This document shows, piece after piece, positions 1 to 8,336 of a stretch of 11,057 nucleotides of DNA. A program made the position numbers and the translations under genes. The DNA is from Octopus sinensis (Eukaryota): contig NW_021827131.1 of assembly GCF_006345805.1 (NCBI RefSeq), positions 1 through 11,057 of the forward strand, in the 5' to 3' direction. Within the stretch, counting starts at the first letter, position 1. The number at the start of each line of letters is the position of its first letter. Under the pieces are notes generated by a model. That model saw only the letters and a program-made list of their open reading frames with translations. It had not been told where the DNA came from and did not search any database.

Positions 1-63
1 TGGGTTTGTATGTTTGTGTGTAAATATATAAACATAAATACGTGGACCTCAAGAAGAAGGTAA

Positions 64-142
64 ATAGATAGACAGATAGATAGATAGAATGACAGACAGA
101 CAGACAGGCAGACACACAGACACACAGACACACAGACACACC

Positions 143-228
<86 letters not shown>

Positions 229-280
229 CTGATTGACTGACTGGTTGATTGATGGAGTCATTCATTGATTGATTGATTTA
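64..280. repeat. Compound tetranucleotide microsatellite (GATA/GACA/GACACACA/GATA/GATT)
   Basis: Directly visible; pure (GATA)n at ~143-226. Confidence 0.97.
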
Positions 281-719
281 CAGGGAGGCAGACAAACAGA
301 GAGATACAGAGAGCGACAGATAGGTTTCCATAAAGAACAAATTGCAAGGGAAAAAAGAAAGAAAAAACATTTTGCTATACTCATTTTCCCTTGATTCAAA
401 AAGTTCCAACAGAGAACTCTTCAATAATGGAGTATTTCTTGGCTTTCATCTCGCCATATTTGTCTGGCGTTTAAATAAGATATACATGTATCGCGAAATG
501 GCGATTTAGTGATCAAAGTATGTAATTTAGTGACTTGTTGACGAATTGCATATCAGTAAAATTTGGCATTTACATTGCTAAACTATTTCAAAAGTTGTGT
601 ATTAAATGAATAATGAATATCATAACAGAAAAAAAGCCGTTCGCTTCTCTCTCAGTAAATCAATGAGTGTTGTTTGTTTTGATATTATTTTCATAATTTT
701 GGTCGTGGTCGCTGTCCTT

Positions 720-797
720 CACATCATCATCATCGTCATCGTCATCATTATCATCCTCGTCATCATTACGATAATCATTGTGTGTGTGTATGTGTAT

Positions 798-839
<42 letters not shown>
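720..839. repeat. Compound microsatellite (CAT/CGT)n-(TG)n-(TA)n
   Basis: Directly visible; source of spurious ORFs 606..857 and 660..863. Confidence 0.95.
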
Positions 840-1050
840 GTAACAACTTATAAATAAGGGCAAATGAAAAAATTTCTAATGCCAAATATGCCGAAAATTG
901 GACATAATGTCCATTACCATATAATTTTTTCCAATACGCACGCTACTCGAAAAAGGTCGACAGAAATCTCTAAAAAAGTTCCATTATTACCATATCGGAC
1001 CGATTTCAGGGTTAGTTCAAAAAGAACCCTCTCTTCGTCAGTGATACATG
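840..1050 (-). mobile_element. Putative Penelope-like element terminal repeat fragment carrying a hammerhead-like motif
   Basis: Hammerhead-like motif followed on the minus strand by ~155 nt of AT-rich sequence ending at a (TA)n tract; same layout as 8100-8336 and 9875-10232. Family assignment is inference. Confidence 0.5.
992..1047 (-). ncRNA. Type I hammerhead ribozyme-like motif HHR-1
   Basis: Minus strand: GUAUCA-CUGACGA-AGAG-AGGGUU(CUUUUUGAACU)AACCCU-GAAA-UCGG-UC|CGAUAU. CUGANGA and GAAA boxes intact, 6-bp stem II, GUC triplet, stem I GUAUC/GAUAU with a mismatch at the core-proximal pair. Confidence 0.6.
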
Positions 1051-1098
1051 TGGCAAAGAAGTAAATGAGATACTTACTCATACCCATGGAAGAAGCAA

Positions 1099-1152
1099 AT
1101 TGATTGATTGATTGATTGAATTGATTGAAAATAGATAGATAGATAGATAGAT

Positions 1153-1223
<71 letters not shown>

Positions 1224-1276
1224 GATAGATAGATAGATGATAGATAGATAGATAGATATTAGATAGATAGATAGAT
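1099..1276. repeat. (GATT)n then (GATA)n microsatellite
   Basis: Directly visible. Confidence 0.97.
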
Positions 1277-1294
1277 GTTTCTTTATTAGGAGGA

Positions 1295-1347
1295 GAAGAA
1301 GAAAAGAGACGAAGAAGAAAGAAGAAAAGAAGAAGAAGAAGAAGAAG
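1295..1347. repeat. (GAA)n microsatellite
   Basis: Directly visible, imperfect. Confidence 0.95.
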
Positions 1348-2183
1348 CGAGAGGCAAATTTAAAACGAGGTTTTATTTAAGAAACCTTACATATATAAAT
1401 TGATGTGGGAATCAGATTTCAAAGATTCCTATCTATAAGGATTATCCATGTCTCAGTATTTTTGCATATGTGTGTATGTATGCGCGGGGTGGGTGTTTGT
1501 GTGTGTATCTATAGACCGGATATGACTATCTGATCGTATATGTGTATGTCATTGTGTATGTATTTTCATCTGTAAGTGTATATGTGTTTATGTACGTAAA
1601 ACTCTATTTCGATGTTTGTACATTTATATACCATTTCTTATTACTTCTGTCACGTCTCCTGATTATTGAATGATTAAAAACATAAGATCCCAGAATACTT
1701 AAGTCATTGTTATCAAAACCGTATTTATCAAGTCTCATTGAAATTTAATCACTTTTGCAACAGACGTCATTATCTCGGATTGACTGTTTGTAATTAACGT
1801 TGAGTCATTATTAAATAGTACACGAGTTAAACTGTATAGACGGGTTGACCTGACAACGCAGTTTCGAATTCTCGTGTTGAAATTCTTTCACTTTATAAAT
1901 GCATTTGACAATGGCTAACATTAACGTATTTCTTTAATATATATATATATTCGTGGAAAATGGCGATTTTGACGTCTATATCTAGCATATAGGCTGTCCA
2001 GTTTTTTAGTGGTCAGTCCTCTAAATTTTGTATGTAAAAAATTTTAATCTTCGAGGTTTTTTTTAAAATATGCTAGGCCACTGGTTTTAATTGATTAACA
2101 ATTTCTACCCCTTATTTAATTATAAATATTAGAGCTAATATTTATCCCCATGTGTGTGTTCTATTTGAACAATTACGAGAGTT

Positions 2184-2282
2184 CTTTATTACGAACAAAT
2201 CAGGAGCCTCTAACTGGTCGCTCTACCGGCTAGAAATAGGAGCCAGTGCTATCTCAAATCAGACAAGCTTATACAGTATATC
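2184..2282 (+). repeat. Left arm of 99-bp inverted repeat (partner 3062-3160)
   Basis: Ungapped match to the reverse complement of 3062-3160, ~14 mismatches by hand count. Confidence 0.92.
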
Positions 2283-2529
2283 TCGAAGTGCCGTCCTCAT
2301 AAAAGCGTTGTTCGGGGTGCACCAACCCTGTCACCACTAACTACACTGCTATATGAGTAGTGCTATATGAGTTTTACCTTTACATATGAGGATAGTTTGT
2401 TTCAAATACGATGTTTTCTACGGTCGTGTAAAGACAATGAACTTTTCTTTAACTGAAATCATAAGAAAAGGGTTCGTACATGGAAGTATTTATTAGTCTC
2501 AATCCTTACGTATGAGATATTTACTGCTT

Positions 2530-2865
2530 TGCTTAAGTCATTCCATTTCTGTGGAACATATGCCATCGACATCTTTTCTCCACTGTTTTCAACCCTGGAC
2601 TGCTCCACTTGCCATCGTTCCCTCAAGGAAGGTTTTTGTCTCCGAGAACTTCGTTTTGAATTTTCCTCGAAGCTTCTGTAACTTTCCTTTTTTTTTTCAA
2701 AGTAGGGGTTTTGTGTCTACACAACCCAGATTTTACCTTTAGGAAGCAGTGATCCAAATTTGTCTGCCTCCTATCCTTTGACTTGTCAAACATGTGAGGC
2801 CTTATCAGGATCTTACGCTCCGCTGGTATAGCTCTCAATGAAATACACAAGTTACTACACTTCAA
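2530..2865 (-). mobile_element. Decayed 3' end of RTE-like non-LTR retrotransposon
   Basis: Minus-strand translation with a frameshift and stops: RRQTNLDHCFLKVKSGLCRH... then AVQG*KQWRKDVDGICST, resembling the RTE ORF C-terminus (WIGHTLRK...AQDRxxWRxxVxGLCS). Confidence 0.5.
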
Positions 2866-3061
2866 TGAGGATTGGATCTTGTCATGGACACATTAGGATC
2901 GTTTGGTTCAAATTCGATGTTTGTACGTAAGTATTTTACTGAATTATAAAATTATAAGAAAGACAAACTTGTGAAGCTGTCCTGAACGTAACATATGTGG
3001 ACAATATGGATGGAATACGTTAATATTTAACCTCACTTAAACTATTCTGTAATAAATTCTG

Positions 3062-3160
3062 GATATGCTGCATAAGCCTGTCTGATTCAAGGTAGCACTG
3101 GCTTTTATTTCTGGCCGGTAGAGCGACCAATTAGGGGCTTCTGCTTTGTTCGTAATAAGG
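3062..3160 (-). repeat. Right arm of 99-bp inverted repeat (partner 2184-2282)
   Basis: Reverse complement aligns ungapped to 2184-2282. Confidence 0.92.
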
Positions 3161-3210
3161 AAGGTTATCTATGAATGTGAATATCGATACATATCATTGG
3201 AAAATTATCA

Positions 3211-3316
3211 GGCGCAGGAGTGGCTGTGTGGTTAGTAGCTTGCTTACCAACCACATGGTTCCAGGTTTAGTCCCACTGCGTGGCACTTTGCGCAAGTGTT
3301 TTCTACTATAGCCTCG
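3211..3316 (+). mobile_element. tRNA-derived SINE 5' part (family A)
   Basis: GGCGCAGGAG-TGGCTGTGTGG (A-box-like)...GGTTTAGTCCC (decayed B box); related heads at 3317-3387 and 7512-7580. Confidence 0.85.
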
Positions 3317-3387
3317 GTGCCACGCAGTGGGACAGAACCCGGAACCATATGGTTGGGAAGCAAGCTACTTACCACACAGCCACTCCT
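3317..3387 (-). mobile_element. tRNA-derived SINE head (family A), inverted against 3216-3286
   Basis: 71-bp reverse complement of 3216-3286, 6 mismatches. Confidence 0.88.
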
Positions 3388-3661
3388 TTGAATTTTCGCT
3401 AAAATTTCAAAGACTTTTGAAATTTTCTAAATCACTGAATTGATTTTATCGAACGAACCATGTATAAGGTTGCCTGTTTAATTTTCTTCTCATGTTTACC
3501 TTTTTTTTTCTTCGCAAGAAATGTCATTATCTAATTAACAAGAATATCAGAAAACTCTCAAATAGCTTCAACGAAATTAGCTGGACAGCTGCATATACAA
3601 ATTCAGCTTTTAATGTTTGCTTTATGATAAAAAAGATAAAAAAGAGCGATCAATAAATTTT

Positions 3662-4020
3662 ATGTCTTCAGAGTGAAGAAAATTCTTGAATGATTTTCAA
3701 TGATCTTCTTCACTTTTATTTCACGTGCGGCTCCTACACTTTGCAGAAACAACGAAGAAACATCACAGATTTAGTGAAGAAGTTATATTCTCTCTACTTA
3801 ATGCTGAAAAGTGCAAACCATGGTAAGCACTGGCACCACATATGGTTTTTGAATCGTGTTTAGCAAATCCTCGAAGATAGGAAAGGGAAAAAAAGAAGGA
3901 ACTAGCATTTGGAATACTAATGATTTGGAGAGAGTCTAAGGATCCTTAGACTATCTCCAAATCATTAGTATTCAAAAAAACTGCAATTTTTCAATGGGGA
4001 TAATAAAGCGAAAATTCAAT
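3662..4020 (+). pseudogene. Decayed Chapaev3-like (CMC superfamily) transposase N-terminus
   Basis: Across frameshifts: MSS...CGSYTLQKQRRNITDLVKKLYSLY...GKHW/APHMVFESCLANPRR*EREKKKELAFGILMIWRESKD...NCNFSM, matching the recalled Chapaev3 pattern FCYxCG...YFG..GDQDKxWAPHxxCxxC...FxIPxIWREPxDH..CYFC. Too disrupted for the ORF track. Confidence 0.75.
3912..3973. repeat. 62-bp spacerless palindrome centred on GGATCC
   Basis: 31-bp arms, one mismatch (3932/3953). Confidence 0.97.
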
Positions 4021-4023
4021 ATA

Positions 4024-4186
4024 TTGGGTTGTCCGGAAAGTTCGTGCCGATTTTTAAAGGAAAGAAAAAGGTCAATAAATACTTGCCATTACATTTTTAA
4101 TCAGCCAAATATGAACCATTTTGTTGCACAATGCGTCTCCATCTTTCTTTTAACTTGAAAATACCCTCTTCCCAGAACTGAGGTGG
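4024..4186 (-). mobile_element. Mariner (Tc1/mariner) right end: TIR plus transposase C-terminus
   Basis: TA (4022-4023) then TTGGGTTGTCCGGAAAGTTCGTGCCGATT TIR-like sequence; minus strand 4186-4097 encodes PPQFWEEGIFKLKERWRRIVQQNGSYLAD*, the typical mariner C-terminal FxxxGIxxLxxRWxxxxxxNGxY motif. Confidence 0.88.
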
Positions 4187-4201
4187 AATTCCCAGAATTG
4201 A

Positions 4202-5038
4202 GGCGGAATTTGAACTCAGAACGTAACGGCAGACGAAATACCTATTTCTTTACTACCCACAAGGAGTTAAACACAGAGAGGACAAACAAGGAAAGACAAA
4301 CGGATTAAGTCGATTATATCGACCCCAGTGCGTAACTGGTACTTATTTAATCGACTCCGAAAGGATGAAAGGCAAAGTCGACCTCGGCGAAATTTGAACT
4401 CAAAACGTAACGGCAGACGAAATACGGCTACGCATTTCGCCCGGCGTGCTAACGTTTCTTATTTCTTTATTGCCCACAAAAAGCTACACACAGAGGGGAC
4501 AAACAAGGACAGACAAAGGGATTAAGTCGATTAGATTGACACCAGTCCGTAACTGGTACTTAACTTATCGACCCCGAAAGGATGAAAGGCAAAGTCGACC
4601 TCGGCGGAATTTGAACTCAGAACTTAACGGCAGATGAAATACCTATTTCTTTACTACCCACAAGGGGTTACACATAGAGGGGATAAACAAGGACAGACAA
4701 ACGGATTAAGTCGATTATATCGATCCCAGTGCGTAACCCTGAAAGGATGAAAGGCAAAGTCGACCTCGGCAGAATTTGAACTCAGAACTTATCGGCAGAC
4801 GAAATACCTATTTCTTTACTACCCACAAGGGGATAAACATAGAGGGGGTAAACAAGGACAGACAAACGGATTAAGTCGACTATATCGACCCCAGTGCGTA
4901 ACTGGTACTTAATTTATCGACCCCGAAAGATGAATGGCAAAGTCAACTTCGGCGGAATTTGAACTTAGAACGTAGCGGCCGACGAAATACTGCTACGCAT
5001 TTCGCCCGGCGTGCTAAAGTTTCTGCCAGCTCGCCGCC
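4202..5038 (-). mobile_element. Head-to-tail concatemer of five SINE family B units
   Basis: Units ~4808-5038 (full head GGCGGCGAGCTGGC), 4643-4807, 4460-4642, 4242-4459, 4202-4241 (truncated); B-box-like GAGTTCAAATTCC and core GCCTTTCATCCTTTCGGGGTCGATAAA recur. Confidence 0.9.
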
Positions 5039-5293
5039 TTTGTAATTTGGTTTCCGTGTTAGCAAACCAGTTGACACACTTAAAGTTGATCAAGACAACA
5101 GCTGTTTTATGTAAAGTACTTTACGTAGCAGCTCTTAGTGTCAAATTACATTTCTATCTTTCAGATTATATTTGAAGCCAGTTCACGATGACCTTCGTCA
5201 TTATTTTAGCGCATTCTGTCATCCTTCTTCTCACTCTCAGACAGCTTGCGCGTGATTTGTCACAATATGTTAGCAGACAATCGAACAACCGCT

Positions 5294-5479
5294 GGGAGGC
5301 GCAATGGCCCAGCGGTTAGGGTAGCGGACTCTCGGTCGTAAGAACATAGTTTCGATTCCCAGACCGGGCATTGTGAGTGTTTATTGAGTAAATATACCTA
5401 AGCTCCGCGAGGCTCCGGTGGGTGTGGGGTGAACTCCGCTGTACTCTTTCACCACAACTTTCTCTCACTCTTTCTTCCT
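5294..5479 (+). mobile_element. tRNA-derived SINE (family C)
   Basis: A box TGGCCCAGCGG (5305-5315), B box GTTTCGATTCC (5349-5359), non-tRNA body and CT-rich segment; 3' boundary uncertain. Confidence 0.75.
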
Positions 5480-5762
5480 ACTTCTGCCACAAAGCAGAGG
5501 AACCATGGTGTAACCCACTATGGTGTGGTAAACTTTCAGACCCTAGTCTCGATTGCGAATCCTCTGTACGCCAGGATGGTTCAGCTCTCCACCCGTTAAA
5601 AACCACCGTTTACGGAATGAGGATAACAACGTAGCTTTCGCGCCCGTGCAACCGCCAGTCTATCGCGTGCAGTGGGTGGATCTTCAAGTTGCCACATGCA
5701 TTCTTAGTAGCTTAGAGTAGGCTCGAATTAGAGATTATTAATTGTGGCTAATGGCGTGATTG

Positions 5763-5803
5763 GAAGAAGAAGAAGAAGAAGAAGAAGAAGAAGAAGAAGA
5801 AGA
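5763..5803. repeat. Pure (GAA)n microsatellite
   Basis: Directly visible. Confidence 0.97.
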
Positions 5804-6565
5804 CAATAGCTGGGCCACGTAGTCTAACAGAGACAATCGTTTTCACTGGATGATATCAGCTTTAAAATCACATTCCGGCAATCAGAAAAGATGTATGTTA
5901 CGATCAGAAGCAAGCAGCCATACCCAAAGCGTGCATAGAGCTTATATCCACAATGTTGACCCGACAGTTCTGCAGCGTAATATAACAGTTACCACCATTT
6001 TTCACTGTAGATTGTACCAGCTGTGAAACCACTCTGAGTCGGTGGGGAAACCGGTTAAAGGTGTGACGGTCACATCGTTTTTAGCGCAGATTCGAAGCCT
6101 CCCATTTGAGATAAGATTTCGATTTCCAATGTAACCTAACCGACGTTCCCGTGTTTAATCATTTCTCTCCACTCTTGTATTAGAATTGCTCAGGAGAATC
6201 AATTAATCGGCTATTGACACTGTCTCCGGTTGTGAAGTCATCGAATTGCAAAATTCCTCCTATCTATTCTGGTTGTTTATTGCTGCATAAATAATAAAAG
6301 CAATTCTATTCCGACTGTCATTCAGTGATAAACTTACTTTCATTAATCTATTGGATTTAGCAACGGGACGCGACTCAGGTATGCTGGCGAGAAGACTCAC
6401 GAAGGCTGAGGCAACGGCAGCTTCCTTCCGTAAGTCTTATTTCTTTGATTAGGTGCCTTGCTCTCATAATTCATCATTTTAACAAATTTTCACGTAACAG
6501 AGATGTCTATACCAGCATGCATCTTACCTTTATTCGTTATCTCATTCCTGGAGACGATGACCAGA

Positions 6566-6767
6566 CAGAATCATTAGGACGCCGGGCAAAACGCTTACCG
6601 GCATTCCATCCACTTTTCTGTTCTGAATTCAAAGTCCTCAAGGCCGTCTTTGCCTTTCATCCTTTCACGAAATAGGTACCAATTCAGCAATGAGGTAGAT
6701 GCTATCAACTGACCCTTCCCCCACCCCCGTATAATTTCAGGCCAGATGCCCGTAGTATAAAGTATTA
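6566..6767 (+). mobile_element. Old diverged family B-related SINE copy
   Basis: CAGAATCATTAGGACGCCGGGCAAAA...GTTCTGAATTCAAA...CTTTGCCTTTCATCCTTTC matches the reverse complement of the 4202-5038 units. Confidence 0.8.
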
Positions 6768-6781
6768 AGTAAGTCCTTCAT

Positions 6782-6930
6782 AGGATAGTGGGTTTACAGA
6801 ATCGTTAGTGCGTCGTACAAAATGTTTAGTAGCATTTATTTCTCCTCTTTGACATTTTGAGTTCAATTCAAGCTGAAGTCAATTTTACTTTTCATCCTTT
6901 CTGGGTCGATAAATATTGTGGAAGCCAAGT
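6782..6930 (+). mobile_element. Second, more diverged family B-related SINE copy in tandem
   Basis: CAGAATCGTTAG...TGAGTTCAATT...TTTCATCCTTTCTGGGTCGATAAAT. Confidence 0.75.
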
Positions 6931-7026
6931 ACGTGGCTCCATATAATTGTTTCTTCGTAGCATAAGTCCGTTACACTGCCCGCTACTTCTGAGAGCAATC
7001 CGGAACAGTGTAGCAATAAAACTGAT

Positions 7027-7044
7027 ACACACACATGCACACAC

Positions 7045-7125
<81 letters not shown>

Positions 7126-7218
7126 TACATATATAAATACATATATAAATACATATATATATATATATATTATAGTTTAAACACACACAACCATATATAT
7201 ACATACATATATATATAT
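7027..7218. repeat. (CA)n-(GATA)n-(TA)n compound microsatellite
   Basis: Directly visible; pure GATA ~7046-7124. Confidence 0.96.
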
Positions 7219-7466
7219 GAAAGGTAAGAGAGTCCAGTTTGATGGACATTGTTGTAGAGCTGAAAAAGAGGTAATTTCTACTCTTCTCCTCTGGAAGCCA
7301 TCTACTCGCAATACCAGCGGGCGCACACTCTCCTATCCTGATGTAATCTCCAGGGATACAGGCATCCAGCAACAGGACCTCCGTAATGCCATGATGGACC
7401 GTGAACTCTGGCGTAGCATGGTAAATTCCATTGTCTCGACCACGGTCGAACAATGATGATGATGAT
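7219..7466 (+). mobile_element. 5'-truncated RTE-like LINE 3' end with (TGA)n tail
   Basis: Open frame KGKRVQFDGHCCRAEKEVISTLLLWKP...GRTLSYPDVISRDTG...LRNAMMDRELWRSMV fits the RTE ORF C-terminus (FAGHCxR..LLWxP..GRP..DR..WR); stop codon is part of a TGATGATGA tail; TA repeats on both sides. Confidence 0.85.
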
Positions 7467-7511
7467 ATATATATACACACATATACGACGGTCTGACAGT
7501 GGTTTTGGCTT

Positions 7512-7580
7512 GTCCGCAGTAGGAGTAGGCCCAATGCCATGTGGCTGGAAAGCAAATTCCTTATCACACAGCCACTCCTA
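7512..7580 (-). mobile_element. Diverged family A SINE head
   Basis: Minus strand AGGAGTGGCTGTGTGATAAGGAATTTGCTTTCCAGCCACATGG resembles 3216-3260. Confidence 0.75.
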
Positions 7581-7585
7581 GATGC

Positions 7586-7586
<1 letters not shown>

Positions 7587-7677
<91 letters not shown>

Positions 7678-7700
7678 TGATTGATAGACAGATATATATA
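7587..7700. repeat. (GATA)n microsatellite
   Basis: Directly visible. Confidence 0.97.
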
Positions 7701-7716
7701 TTCATATATAAATGAT

Positions 7717-7902
7717 GGTGGGTGGGGGGACAAAGACACACAAACATATGTGCACAAACACACACACACGCATATATATAAGAAGCCCGTATATAATAAT
7801 ATATATATATTCTTATATACGGGCTTCTTATATATATGCGTCTGTGTGTGTATGTGTGCGTATGTGCACATATGTGTGTGTCTCTTTGTCCTCGCACCCA
7901 CC
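7717..7902. repeat. ~186-bp fold-back palindrome
   Basis: Core 7768-7841 is a spacerless palindrome with one mismatch; outer arms GGTGGGTG..GGACAAAGA(CA)n..CATATGTGCACA match with microsatellite length differences. Confidence 0.92.
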
Positions 7903-8066
7903 TTCACTTGATAACCGATGCTAGTGTGTTTATGTTCCCATAATCTAGCGATTCGGTAAAAGAGACTGATAGAATAAGTACTAGGCTCAAAAAAATAACT
8001 CCTGGTATATAAATGGCGGTGCCCCAGCATGGCCACAGCTCGTGAGCTGAAACTAGACAGAATAAA

Positions 8067-8067
<1 letters not shown>
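7875..8067 (+). mobile_element. 3' half of a SINE (probably family A)
   Basis: CTTGATAACCGATGCTAGTGTGTTTA...GATAGAATAAGTACTAGGC...GGCGGTGCCCCAGCATGGCCACAG...AATAAAA; recognised from memory of Octopus repeats, not confirmed within the window. Confidence 0.65.

Positions 8068-8097
<30 letters not shown>
8068..8097. repeat. (TATG)n microsatellite
   Basis: Directly visible. Confidence 0.95.
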
Positions 8098-8098
<1 letters not shown>

Positions 8099-8099
8099 G

Positions 8100-8336
8100 A
8101 ACTTTTCTGAACATTTTTTGTATTTTCTGTTTTTTTCTATTATGGTTTTTTTTTCTCTGTTTATGTCTATATTCCTTTCTGTTGAAGAGCGTGGGCTCGA
8201 AACGTAAAAGACTTTCTCACTTCCCGAGCGTTAAACTAATACATCTCTATGTTGTTTACACACCCGTCTTCGTCTCTTGTGTTTTGTTTGTTTGTTTGTT
8301 TTTTTTTCTTTTTTGTAAATTCCAACTATATATATA
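8100..8336 (+). mobile_element. Putative Penelope-like element terminal repeat with hammerhead-like motif
   Basis: T-rich leader, HHR-2, conserved TTCCCGAGCGTTAAACTAATAC motif (8221-8242), T-rich tail ending AAC-(TA)n; collinear with the 9875-10232 element. Confidence 0.6.
8175..8210 (+). ncRNA. Minimal type I hammerhead-like motif HHR-2
   Basis: CUUU-CUGUUGA-A-GAGC(GUGG)GCUC-GAAA-CG-UA|AAAG: stem I CUUU/AAAG, stem II GAGC/GCUC, palindromic ACGU in place of stem III, GUA triplet; A6U core variant. Confidence 0.65.

Noticed and set aside
360-700. Possible coding exon in unique sequence
   Set aside because: Only short open frames, with no recognisable motif or convincing splice-site pair.
2184-3160. 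Selection for G.U-compatible changes in the 99-bp inverted repeat
   Set aside because: About 8 wobble-compatible versus 5 A.C changes on the + strand; consistent with ordinary transition bias.
3463-3597. Small mariner-type MITE with degenerate TIRs
   Set aside because: End similarity is too weak to separate from chance in AT-rich DNA.
4202-5038. CRISPR-like or retrozyme array
   Set aside because: Units are wholly homologous with no unique spacers, context is eukaryotic, and I found no CUGANGA/GAAA core in the units.
5294-5370. tRNA gene
   Set aside because: A and B boxes are present but there is no convincing cloverleaf or acceptor stem; it continues into a SINE-like body.
6983-8114. Long ORFs of 304 aa and 178 aa
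   Set aside because: Translations of GATA/TA/CA microsatellites (YLSI, HT, CV repeats) that lack stops by composition.
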